A DNA stretch of 42,702 nucleotides from Candidatus Moranbacteria bacterium GW2011_GWC2_37_8. GTDB taxonomy: Bacteria; Patescibacteriota; Minisyncoccia; Moranbacterales; GWC2-37-73. The position numbers were made by a program, and so were the translations under genes. The stretch is from the NCBI GenBank assembly GCA_000992165.1, contig LBTS01000001.1, positions 705-43,406 of the forward strand, read 5' to 3'. Every line of letters begins with the position of its first letter. The stretch's first letter is position 1. Shown here in pieces: positions 26,901 through 35,175 of the stretch. The notes beneath the pieces were generated by a model that was given only the letters and a program-made list of their open reading frames with translations, had not been told where the DNA came from and made no database searches.

Positions 26901-28517
26901 ATGAGCAAAAACGAACAAAAAATCCACTATATCCTGTATGCACGCAAGTCATCCGAAGATGAAAGGCGCCAAGTGCAGTCTATTGAAAACCAGATTCAAA
27001 TAATGTTGGACAAAGCCAAGGCATTAAAATTGCATATCGTTGATGTTTTGCAGGAATCAAAATCAGCCAGAAAGCCAGGCAGACCAGTCTTCAATGAGAT
27101 GATGGAAAGAATCAAACGGGGTGAAGCGGATGGAATTTTAACATGGCATGCAAATCGTCTTTCAAGAAATCCATTGGATGCGGGCAATGTTCAATGGGCA
27201 CTGCAAAATGGAACTATCCGCTCAATCATGACAAATGACAGGGAATATTTACCAGAAGACAATTCTCTCATGCTTGGAATGGAATGTTCCATGTCTGAAC
27301 AATACAGCAAAGACTTAAGCAAAACCGTAAATAGGGGGCTTCTCAGAAAAGCGAAGGAGGGCTGGCTTCCAAATCTTCCACCAACTGGATATATCAATGA
27401 CAAAGTGAACAAGATAATCATCAATGACCCCGAGCGTTTTCATTTGGTTCGCAAAATTTGGGACTTGATGCTTACTGGAAACTATACTCCTCCGCAGATT
27501 CTCAAGATTGCCAATGATGAATGGGGATTCCGCACACGAAAATATGAAAAGTCTGGTGGTGGCAAACTTTCAAGAAGTGGAATCTATAAAATGCTTACCA
27601 ATGGATTTTATCTTGGCTTTTTTTACAAGAAAGGTGAACTTTTTGAAGGTAGCCATGAAAGGATGATAACTGTTGATGAATGGGACAGAGTACAGACACT
27701 CTTGGGACGCAAAGGCAAACCAAGACCAAAGAAACACTCCTTCGCTTTCACCGGTGCGATTCGTTGCGCCGAATGTCAATGTCTTATTACAGCAGAAACA
27801 AAGAAAAAAATCATCAGGAAGACTGGTGAAATTCGCAGTCACACCTACTACCATTGCACCCACAAACGAACGGACATGAAATGTTCACAGCGTAAAAACA
27901 CCTTAGAGTCAGGACTAGAACTAATGATAGAGCAAGAGTTAGACAAATATACGATACTACCAGAGTTTAAAGAATGGGCAATGGAAGAATTAAACAAGGC
28001 TAATGACAACGAGATTGAAACAAGGACTAAGATGTATGAAATGCTACATAAAGCCTATACAGAGGCACAGAAGCAACTAGACACGCTCACAAAGATGAGA
28101 TACAGAGACCTAATCAATGACGAGCAGTTTCTTAGGGAGAGCAGAATACTTGAAGCTGAAATAGCTAAGCTAAAAGAGAAATTAGGCACCACAGAGGCAC
28201 GAGCGAAGCAATGGTTGGAGCTTACCGAAAAAACCTTTGAATTCGCTACTTATGCCAGAAATGCATTCCTCAAGGGTAATGACACGCTCAGAAAAGAATT
28301 GCTTTTGACTTTAGGTCAGAACCAAATACTTGGAAACCAAATACTCACTCTACAAGCGTATGAATGGTTTGTTCCTATCAGTGAAGACTATCCAAAACTT
28401 AAAGCTGAATATGTGAAGGTTAGAACCAATAAAAAACTATCTACAAAAGCAAAAACAGATGCTCTCACATCTGTTCGTGCACACTGGTCGGGGCGCAGGG
28501 ATTCGAACCCTGTCTAA
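26901..28517 (+). CDS. Large serine recombinase (resolvase, recombinase, Zn-ribbon and coiled-coil domains)
   Basis: YARKSS catalytic motif, SIENQ, RLSRN, CAECQC...YYHC...C; the last codons overlap the tRNA antisense. Confidence 0.95.
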   Translation: MSKNEQKIHYILYARKSSEDERRQVQSIENQIQIMLDKAKALKLHIVDVLQESKSARKPGRPVFNEMMERIKRGEADGILTWHANRLSRNPLDAGNVQWALQNGTIRSIMTNDREYLPEDNSLMLGMECSMSEQYSKDLSKTVNRGLLRKAKEGWLPNLPPTGYINDKVNKIIINDPERFHLVRKIWDLMLTGNYTPPQILKIANDEWGFRTRKYEKSGGGKLSRSGIYKMLTNGFYLGFFYKKGELFEGSHERMITVDEWDRVQTLLGRKGKPRPKKHSFAFTGAIRCAECQCLITAETKKKIIRKTGEIRSHTYYHCTHKRTDMKCSQRKNTLESGLELMIEQELDKYTILPEFKEWAMEELNKANDNEIETRTKMYEMLHKAYTEAQKQLDTLTKMRYRDLINDEQFLRESRILEAEIAKLKEKLGTTEARAKQWLELTEKTFEFATYARNAFLKGNDTLRKELLLTLGQNQILGNQILTLQAYEWFVPISEDYPKLKAEYVKVRTNKKLSTKAKTDALTSVRAHWSGRRDSNPV

Positions 28518-28559
28518 ATGATCCCAAATCACTCGTGCTACCGTTGACACCACGCCCCG
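28485..28559 (-). tRNA. tRNA-Pro(TGG) with encoded CCA
   Basis: Acceptor CGGGGCG/CGCCCCG-A-CCA, anticodon arm AGTGA-TT-TGG-GA-TCATT, T-arm CAGGG-TTCGAAT-CCCTG. Confidence 0.95.
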
Positions 28560-28722
28560 TTACAAATTTTAAATTCTAACAACCTATTAAAATTCTACCT
28601 TTGTCTCTAAATACAGCAATCAGTAACAAAACTATCTTGTAAAATTTGTAACGGGGCACGCCCCACAAATTAACAAGAGCTTCCGTAATCTGTCTTCTGA
28701 AATTTCTAACGGGGCACGCCCC
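28551..28722. repeat. Tandem inverted-repeat-bounded units separated by CACG at the tRNA-Pro 5' end
   Basis: CACG[CCCCGTTACAAATTTT...AAAATTTGTAACGGGG]CACG[CCCCACAAATT...AAATTTCTAACGGGG]CACG[CCCC... Confidence 0.8.
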
Positions 28723-28966
28723 AGAAGAATTTCAGTCTGTTTTTTATATACCGTTTTCCCATACCAGACTTCAAATACTTTTCCCTTGCTAAGGCATCTT
28801 TTTCGTTGTGGCAGGCTTCATAGTAAATCAGCTCAAATGGTCTACGTGGTCTGGTTGAAATATTTAAACCACCATCATGCTCAGCAACTCTCCTTTTCAG
28901 ATCATCAGTATAACCAGTATAAAACTGGCCATCCTTTAAGCTCTGCAGAACATAGACGTAGAACAT
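28706..28966 (-). CDS. Stand-alone GIY-YIG nuclease family protein
   Basis: YVYVL...FYTGYT.DL.RR..EH...YYE...A..REKYLK. Confidence 0.92.
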   Translation of the reverse strand: MFYVYVLQSLKDGQFYTGYTDDLKRRVAEHDGGLNISTRPRRPFELIYYEACHNEKDALAREKYLKSGMGKRYIKNRLKFFWGVPR

Positions 28967-29006
28967 GTTTTTTGATTTCTAAAACCTTCCCTTCAAACTA
29001 ATATCA

Positions 29007-29035
29007 ATAATACACTTGTTTAAAAGCTTAGTCAA
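29007..29035 (-). promoter_or_regulatory. Promoter for the GIY-YIG gene and probably tRNA-Pro
   Basis: TTGACT-17-TATTAT on the minus strand. Confidence 0.7.
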
Positions 29036-29052
29036 CCTAGCCTGGCGCCTAT

Positions 29053-30573
29053 TTACTTTTTCTCAAGTTTGGCTACTTTGAGCTCCAATTCTCGAATCAA
29101 GGCATTCAAACGTTCAATTTCTGAAATATATTCGCTCTTTTTCGAGTCAGCTTCTTCAAACAAAGTCACGTCGATTGCTGTGCCAATATACCCCCTAAAC
29201 ATGCCCTGGGATGTCATTCTTGTTACAGCCTCGACAAGTATCCACTTATATTCTCCTCGAGCGTTTATGATGCGATATTTTACCGAAAGAGGCTCTTGTT
29301 TTTCCATTGCTAAGCGATATTCCGCAAGGACATGCTCTTTATCATCAGGATGAATCACACTTGTCCAAGCATCGCCAAACAATTCTTCCTCAGATTTACC
29401 AAGAAATTTAGTCAGAGCATTATTCACATAAATAATCTTATTGACTGAATCGGATACCCAAATCATAACCGGCGCAGTATCCGCAATATTCATAAAGCGA
29501 GACTCACTCTCCTTCTTTTCTGCAAGAGTGGCGCTAATAGCGTCGAGCATGGCATTTATTTCCTTGTTTAGTTTGGTAAATTCATCTTTTCCATCAACTA
29601 CCAATCTCTCAGTCTTGTGATTTTTACTGCTAACCAATTTTACACCTTGAACAAGCTTATAAATCTTTCTTAGAACAAAAAATTCAAAAAGCATCAAAAT
29701 AATGAAAACTTCGAAGATTCCTATACCTATGAGGAACATATCGAGCCTTTTAGTATTTTCAAGTCCAACCTTGTGAATATCTCTTGGAACATCAGCTCTA
29801 AATATCACGGCAGGTTCGCCAAAAATATCATCAACCAACACAAAACCAGAAATTACATCCTCGTTAGGATCTTCATTTATATAGGTATAACTACTCAAAT
29901 TCAGCTTCTTTTTAGCTTCTACAAATAATGGCTGCTTCGAAGCATTTTCAACCGTTGAATGTTCCAATTTCAAAACAGTAGCCTTAGACAAGGAAGCCGT
30001 AAAATTTTCATCGGCGACAAATCCAAAGGAAATATAGCCTTTAGGTATTGCACTGCCATCGCTAGAAGTTATTGATTGAACTGCCAAAATAAAAGGACCG
30101 TTCTCTGTATTCACTATTCCAGCAATTTTATCAAAAGTATTGCCTTTTCCAATCGCTTCAATCCTTGGATTTAAAAATATCCGCTCAAGATCCTCAGGAA
30201 GCGGAGTCTCTTGATTATTTAAAATATACTTTTCAAAGATTGTTTCCCCTGCGGAATTTTTTATCAAAATAAAATTCAAACGAAGTTGTGGCAGAGTTTC
30301 ACTTTGCAGATTTGATTCAATGTATTCAGCATTTCTATCCTCTGCAAATTCATACGTATCATCCCACATTGACCAGTCAGAAAGCTTCACCGATAAGTCA
30401 TCAAACCGTCCTTCAAGCGCCAAATCAACGCGACTCATATTATCTTTGACAGATTGTCTTTCTAATTTTTCAAAATTAGCAGTTTCAATATTTGTGAAGA
30501 TTGTAGAAATACCAAAAAAAAGCATTCCAAAAACAACCACTACAATCAAAAATACTTTTGTTCGAATTTTCAT
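29053..30573 (-). CDS. CHASE4-HAMP-PAS membrane sensor lacking an output domain
   Basis: DWSMWDDTYEF (CHASE4), TM, DEF..L...IN.M (HAMP), ADTAPVMIW...IHPDD...YIGTAIDVT (PAS/PAC). Confidence 0.85.
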   Translation of the reverse strand: MKIRTKVFLIVVVVFGMLFFGISTIFTNIETANFEKLERQSVKDNMSRVDLALEGRFDDLSVKLSDWSMWDDTYEFAEDRNAEYIESNLQSETLPQLRLNFILIKNSAGETIFEKYILNNQETPLPEDLERIFLNPRIEAIGKGNTFDKIAGIVNTENGPFILAVQSITSSDGSAIPKGYISFGFVADENFTASLSKATVLKLEHSTVENASKQPLFVEAKKKLNLSSYTYINEDPNEDVISGFVLVDDIFGEPAVIFRADVPRDIHKVGLENTKRLDMFLIGIGIFEVFIILMLFEFFVLRKIYKLVQGVKLVSSKNHKTERLVVDGKDEFTKLNKEINAMLDAISATLAEKKESESRFMNIADTAPVMIWVSDSVNKIIYVNNALTKFLGKSEEELFGDAWTSVIHPDDKEHVLAEYRLAMEKQEPLSVKYRIINARGEYKWILVEAVTRMTSQGMFRGYIGTAIDVTLFEEADSKKSEYISEIERLNALIRELELKVAKLEKK

Positions 30574-30674
30574 AACAATGATTTACAGTTAGATGTTTGA
30601 CTTCTATGTGAATAGTAACACAACAACTGTAAATCTAAAAAGCAATGAGTATTATATCTTTTCCTGTTCATCAT

Positions 30675-30704
30675 AACAAAATCCCGCCTAAGCGGGATTT
30701 TGTT
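30675..30704 (-). terminator. Terminator downstream of hup
   Basis: AACAAAATCCCGC/GCGGGATTTTGTT. Confidence 0.7.
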
Positions 30705-30837
30705 TCCATCTTTTGGATAATATATATCAAAAGAAATATATTTCAATATGGTAGTCCTTATTTTCAAGCGAAGCGAGAGAGATGGAAATAAATTTTCATC
30801 TCCGAGCAAGCGCAGAAACCAAGCAGTTAAAAACTGC

Positions 30838-31119
30838 TTACTTAACAGCCTCTTTCAAAGCTTTACCAGCTGTGAATTTTGGAACTGTCATTGCAGGGAT
30901 TTGGATTTTTGCTTTAGTTTGAGGATTGATTCCTTCGCGAGCAGCTCGCTGAGAAACTTTGAAAGTTCCGAATCCAGTCAATGTTACTTTGTTTCCTTGT
31001 CTGATTTCGTCGGTGATCTTTTCTTGAAGAGCTTCAAGCACTCCTTCAACTGCTTTTTTTGAAAGGTCAGTCTTAGTTGCGATTGCATCAACGAGGGCAT
31101 CTTTGTTTACATTAGCCAT
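30838..31119 (-). CDS. hup: DNA-binding protein HU
   Basis: GFGTF...RAAREGINPQT...IPA..VPKF.AGKALK. Confidence 0.96.
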   Translation of the reverse strand: MANVNKDALVDAIATKTDLSKKAVEGVLEALQEKITDEIRQGNKVTLTGFGTFKVSQRAAREGINPQTKAKIQIPAMTVPKFTAGKALKEAVK

Positions 31120-31348
31120 ATAATGTCACCTTCCTTTCTAGTTAATAGTTTTTATATTTATCTCTCACTTTTTCGATTATACTATTTATCCCACAAATAA
31201 AGCAAATATAGTTATACACACACCGCCAACATATCGGCAAATTTTTAATTTTGAATTTTTAATTTTGAATGAATTTTTTAATGTTTTAATGTTTAAAACA
31301 TTTGTTCATTCGAAATTGAATCGAAATTCGAAATTCAGAATTCAAAAT

Positions 31349-32875
31349 TTATCTAGCGTATTCAACGCTTCTTGTTTCTCGAAGCACATTAACCTTGATT
31401 TCTCCTGGGTATTTCAGATCTTGTTCAATTTTGTCAGCAATTTCCCTAGCCAATTTCAACGCTCCAAGATCATCGATTTCTTCAGGTTTAACAAACACAC
31501 GAATTTCTCTTCCAGCTTGAATGGCATACGTTTTTTCAACGCCTGGGAATGAATTTGCAGTAGTTTCCAATTCTTCCAATCGCTTCAAATATTTTTCCAA
31601 CGTATCCTTACGTGCACCCGGACGACTGGCTGAGATTGCATCAGCAGCAGCAATAATAAATGCTTCCGGAGTTTCAAAAGGATAATCTTCATGGTGCGAT
31701 TTCATCGCATCAATGACTTCTTTAGGCATAGAAAACTTCTCAAGAATTTTCATTCCGATTTCGATATGCGTTCCCTGAATTTCATGATCAACCGCTTTTC
31801 CAATGTCATGCAAAAGGCCAGCTTTTTTTGCAACAGCTACATCTGCCCCCAATTCAGCAGCCAAAGCTCCTGAAAGATGAGCCACTTCCAAGGAATGAAG
31901 CAAAACGTTTTGCCCGAAACTCGTGCGATATCGAAGTCGTCCGATCAAGTGAACCAATTTAGGATCAAGACCCGCAATTCCCAAATCATAAGTTGCAGCC
32001 TCTCCAGCTTCTTTGATTTTGTTTTCAATTTCTTTTTTAGCAAATTCAACCGCTTCTTCAATCCTGGTCGGATGAATTCTTCCGTCACCAATAAGTTTTT
32101 CCAAAGTTATTCTCGCAATTTCACGTCTCACAGGATCAAAACCAGAAATGACCACTGCCTCTGGAGTATCATCAACAATAATTTCCACGCCTGTAAGTTT
32201 TTCCAAGGCCTTAATATTCCTTCCTTCTCGTCCGATGATTCTTCCTTTGACTTCATCAGATGGAATCGAAACTGTTGTTGTTACAACTTCGGCAGCATGA
32301 GAACCGGCGTATTTTTGAATGACGCTTGTCATAATGTTCTTGGCGCGCTTTTCAATGTCTTCACGACCTTCGCGCTCAATCTTAGCAATACGCTCCGCTA
32401 GAGCGCCCCTATTCTCTTCTTCAGTAAGTTGAAGCAGAATTTGCTTGGCTTGTTCTTTTGAAAGACCAGCAATTTTTTCCAATCTTTCAAGTTCACGTTT
32501 GCGAGCTTCCTCAGCTTCCATGCGAATTTTGCGCACTTCTTCCACTTTCTGCTCTAATACCTGGCGACTTTTTTCAATTTCTTCAGTCTTTTGATCAATT
32601 GTGATTTCCTTTTTCTCAAGACGCTGTTCGCTTCTCGAAATCTGATCTTCACGTTCTTTTTCTTTTTTCTTCGCCTCCTCAAGAATCTCAACTGCCTTGT
32701 TCTTAGCATTTAAAATCATCTCTTGAGATTTTTTCTCAGCATCCTGAGATAATTTTTCAGCCTTTCCTTCGGCGCTATCAAGTTGCTTTTTCGCAATTGA
32801 TTGCCGAACGACATATCCAGTTCCACTGCCCACTAAAAGGCTCAACAGAACTATTAATAATTCACCGACTCCCAT
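31349..32875 (-). CDS. rny: Ribonuclease Y
   Basis: N-terminal TM, coiled coil, KH (KGRIIGREGRNI), HD (LLHDIGK), SRPGAR. Confidence 0.97.
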   Translation of the reverse strand: MGVGELLIVLLSLLVGSGTGYVVRQSIAKKQLDSAEGKAEKLSQDAEKKSQEMILNAKNKAVEILEEAKKKEKEREDQISRSEQRLEKKEITIDQKTEEIEKSRQVLEQKVEEVRKIRMEAEEARKRELERLEKIAGLSKEQAKQILLQLTEEENRGALAERIAKIEREGREDIEKRAKNIMTSVIQKYAGSHAAEVVTTTVSIPSDEVKGRIIGREGRNIKALEKLTGVEIIVDDTPEAVVISGFDPVRREIARITLEKLIGDGRIHPTRIEEAVEFAKKEIENKIKEAGEAATYDLGIAGLDPKLVHLIGRLRYRTSFGQNVLLHSLEVAHLSGALAAELGADVAVAKKAGLLHDIGKAVDHEIQGTHIEIGMKILEKFSMPKEVIDAMKSHHEDYPFETPEAFIIAAADAISASRPGARKDTLEKYLKRLEELETTANSFPGVEKTYAIQAGREIRVFVKPEEIDDLGALKLAREIADKIEQDLKYPGEIKVNVLRETRSVEYAR

Positions 32876-33190
32876 ACATTTTCATTCGTTTCGTCTGGAT
32901 GGGTAATACACACTAAAGTAAGCACCTTTCGGAGCTTTATATTTTCTCTTCCAAAATCTTAGTATTGCTGTGAGAAAAATAAATCATAAGTATTCTAAAT
33001 CGCTTGTTTCCTGAGCCAAAAATCATAAACATTTTCCTTGGATTTTTTTCCAATATAAGAAAAAAGTATTTTTCAGCATTTTTAAGGTCGAAGCGTAAAA
33101 TTTGTATTACTAACCAAATCGAACCGATCAATATTAACTTAGTTACCTGCTAAGCCCCATGATAAAGCAAAAAGCCTTTTTTGTCAAAAC

Positions 33191-33344
33191 AATAAAAGGT
33201 ATTATACCCCAGGGCAGAGCCCTGGACCCTTTGGGCTTACGCAGCAGAGCTGCGAGGTATTAAGCCTTTTGATATCTGCGCTCGTTCGGAAATGAAAAAT
33301 ATTAATTTTTCATTTCGCTCACTTTGCTTGATAATAAAAAAATG
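33191..33344. repeat. Structured dispersed repeat, copy 2
   Basis: Aligns with 15128-15306 without the nested insert. Confidence 0.85.
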
Positions 33345-33466
33345 CTAAACTAGTATCATAAAGCATAAAAACATGCGTCATTAATACAAGTGATGATATA
33401 TTTTATACCTTATATCTCTGACTTTCCAGTTAGGATTTAATAATTCCATCTTCTAAGATTAATTTT

Positions 33467-35032
33467 ATGTACAAACCAGTAGTTCTAGTGGTTCTTGATG
33501 GATGGGGCATCAGTAATAACAGCAAGGGAAACGTGCTTAAGGAAACTGAGCTTCCAACAATCGAAAAACTTGATCACTATTATCCAATGACAACTCTTCA
33601 AGCCTCAGGCATTTCCGTAGGACTTTTTTGGGGCGAATCAGGTAACAGCGAAGTTGGTCATATGGCTCTCGGTGCTGGTAAAATCGTTTATCAAAACCTG
33701 CCAAGAATCACACTTTCAATTCAAGACCGAACATTTTTTTCGAATCCAGCCTTATCCAAAGTCATGGATAGCATAAAAGAAAAAGATTCTTCACTTCATT
33801 TGATGGGGCTTATTGGACAAGGAAGTGTTCATTCATACATGGAACACCTGTATGCTATTTTGGAAATGGCGAAAGAAAAAGAGATATCCAAAGTATATGT
33901 ACATGTTTTCACTGACGGACGCGATTCACCTCAAACATCAGGAACTAAATCAATCCAGGATCTTCAAAATCACATGAAATCCATTGGGGTTGGAAAAATC
34001 GCTTCTCTTAGTGGCCGAAATTGGGGCATGGATAGGAATAACAACTGGGATCGCGTAGAAAAAGCATACCGATTAATGACTGAAGGCAAAGGGATTCAAG
34101 CTACTGATCCGATATCATGTCTGCAAGACTCTTACGCAACTGAAATTACCGACGAATACATAGAACCCTCAGTTATCATGGAAGATGGAAAACCTGTTGC
34201 AACCGTTCAAGATGGCGACGGGGTAATATTTTTCAATTTCCGTGAAGACAGGGCTCGTGAACTTACCAAAGCTTTTATTCTTCCAGGATTTGATGGGTTC
34301 CAGCGAGAATTATTGAAAATAGATTTTCTGACATTAGTTGAATATGAAAAAGACTTGCCGGTGGAAATAGCCTTTCCTCCGATCATACTTGCTGGTGGTC
34401 TTGGAGAAGTTCTAAGTGAGCATAAACTAACACAGCTTAGAATCGCAGAAACTGAAAAATATGCTCATGTTACCTATTTCTTCAATGGCGGAAAAGAAGA
34501 ACCTTGGCCAGGCGAAGACAGGGTTCTCATTCCATCACCTGCTGTTTCAAAGTTTGATGAAGCGCCAGAAATGAGCGCGTCACTCATTACTGAAAAAATA
34601 TTAGCTGCAGTTGAAGAAGAAAAATATGATTTCATTTTAGTGAATTATGCCAATGCTGATATGGTAGGTCACACAGGAAACGAAAAGGCCTGCGTTACTG
34701 CAGTTCAAACGGTAGACAAAAACCTCTCTCAACTAATTCCAGCAATTCTGAAAAAGGGAGGTTGCTTACTCATAACCGCAGACCATGGAAACGTTGAGGA
34801 TATCAAAAATTATCACACAGGACAAATAAATACTGAGCATTCCTCAAATCCTGTGCCGCTTTGGTTTATCACTGCTGACAATCATAGGGAAAAGAAATCG
34901 GAAGAAATTGTCAGACAACAAAGTGAAGTTGGAGGACTATTAAGCGACCTTGCACCAACCGTACTTGAAATTTTAGGTATACCAAAAAATGAAGGTATGA
35001 ATGGTGAAAGCTTAATACCAATGCTGAAATAG
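33467..35032 (+). CDS. gpmI: 2,3-bisphosphoglycerate-independent phosphoglycerate mutase
   Basis: LDGWG, GNSEVGH, TDGRD, AETEKYAHVT, DMVGHTG, TADHGN. Confidence 0.97.
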   Translation: MYKPVVLVVLDGWGISNNSKGNVLKETELPTIEKLDHYYPMTTLQASGISVGLFWGESGNSEVGHMALGAGKIVYQNLPRITLSIQDRTFFSNPALSKVMDSIKEKDSSLHLMGLIGQGSVHSYMEHLYAILEMAKEKEISKVYVHVFTDGRDSPQTSGTKSIQDLQNHMKSIGVGKIASLSGRNWGMDRNNNWDRVEKAYRLMTEGKGIQATDPISCLQDSYATEITDEYIEPSVIMEDGKPVATVQDGDGVIFFNFREDRARELTKAFILPGFDGFQRELLKIDFLTLVEYEKDLPVEIAFPPIILAGGLGEVLSEHKLTQLRIAETEKYAHVTYFFNGGKEEPWPGEDRVLIPSPAVSKFDEAPEMSASLITEKILAAVEEEKYDFILVNYANADMVGHTGNEKACVTAVQTVDKNLSQLIPAILKKGGCLLITADHGNVEDIKNYHTGQINTEHSSNPVPLWFITADNHREKKSEEIVRQQSEVGGLLSDLAPTVLEILGIPKNEGMNGESLIPMLK

Positions 35033-35060
35033 CCGAAATAGCTTCGTTAGCTTTCAGGAA

Positions 35061-35094
35061 ATACAAAAAAGAGCCAAGGGGCTCTTTTTTGTAT
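35061..35094. terminator. Bidirectional terminator between gpmI and clpP
   Basis: ATACAAAAAAGAGCC/GGCTCTTTTTTGTAT. Confidence 0.85.
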
Positions 35095-35175
35095 GAAAAC
35101 AATGATGCATCTCGCGTTTAGAATTTTCCTAAAGTAGCTAATGAAGCTAATGAAGCTGAAAGCTAACGCAGCTAT

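Larger units (their letters stand above)
24355..28490. mobile_element. Large-serine-recombinase integrative element in the tRNA-Pro 3' end (predicted 4133-bp circle)
   Basis: GTCG core at 24354-24357 and 28487-28490; joining them gives an in-frame recombinase tail and re-forms the tRNA-linked hairpin. Confidence 0.8.

Noticed and set aside
22050..28517. Prophage or ICE
   Set aside because: No structural, replication, relaxase or conjugation genes inside the att-bounded region.
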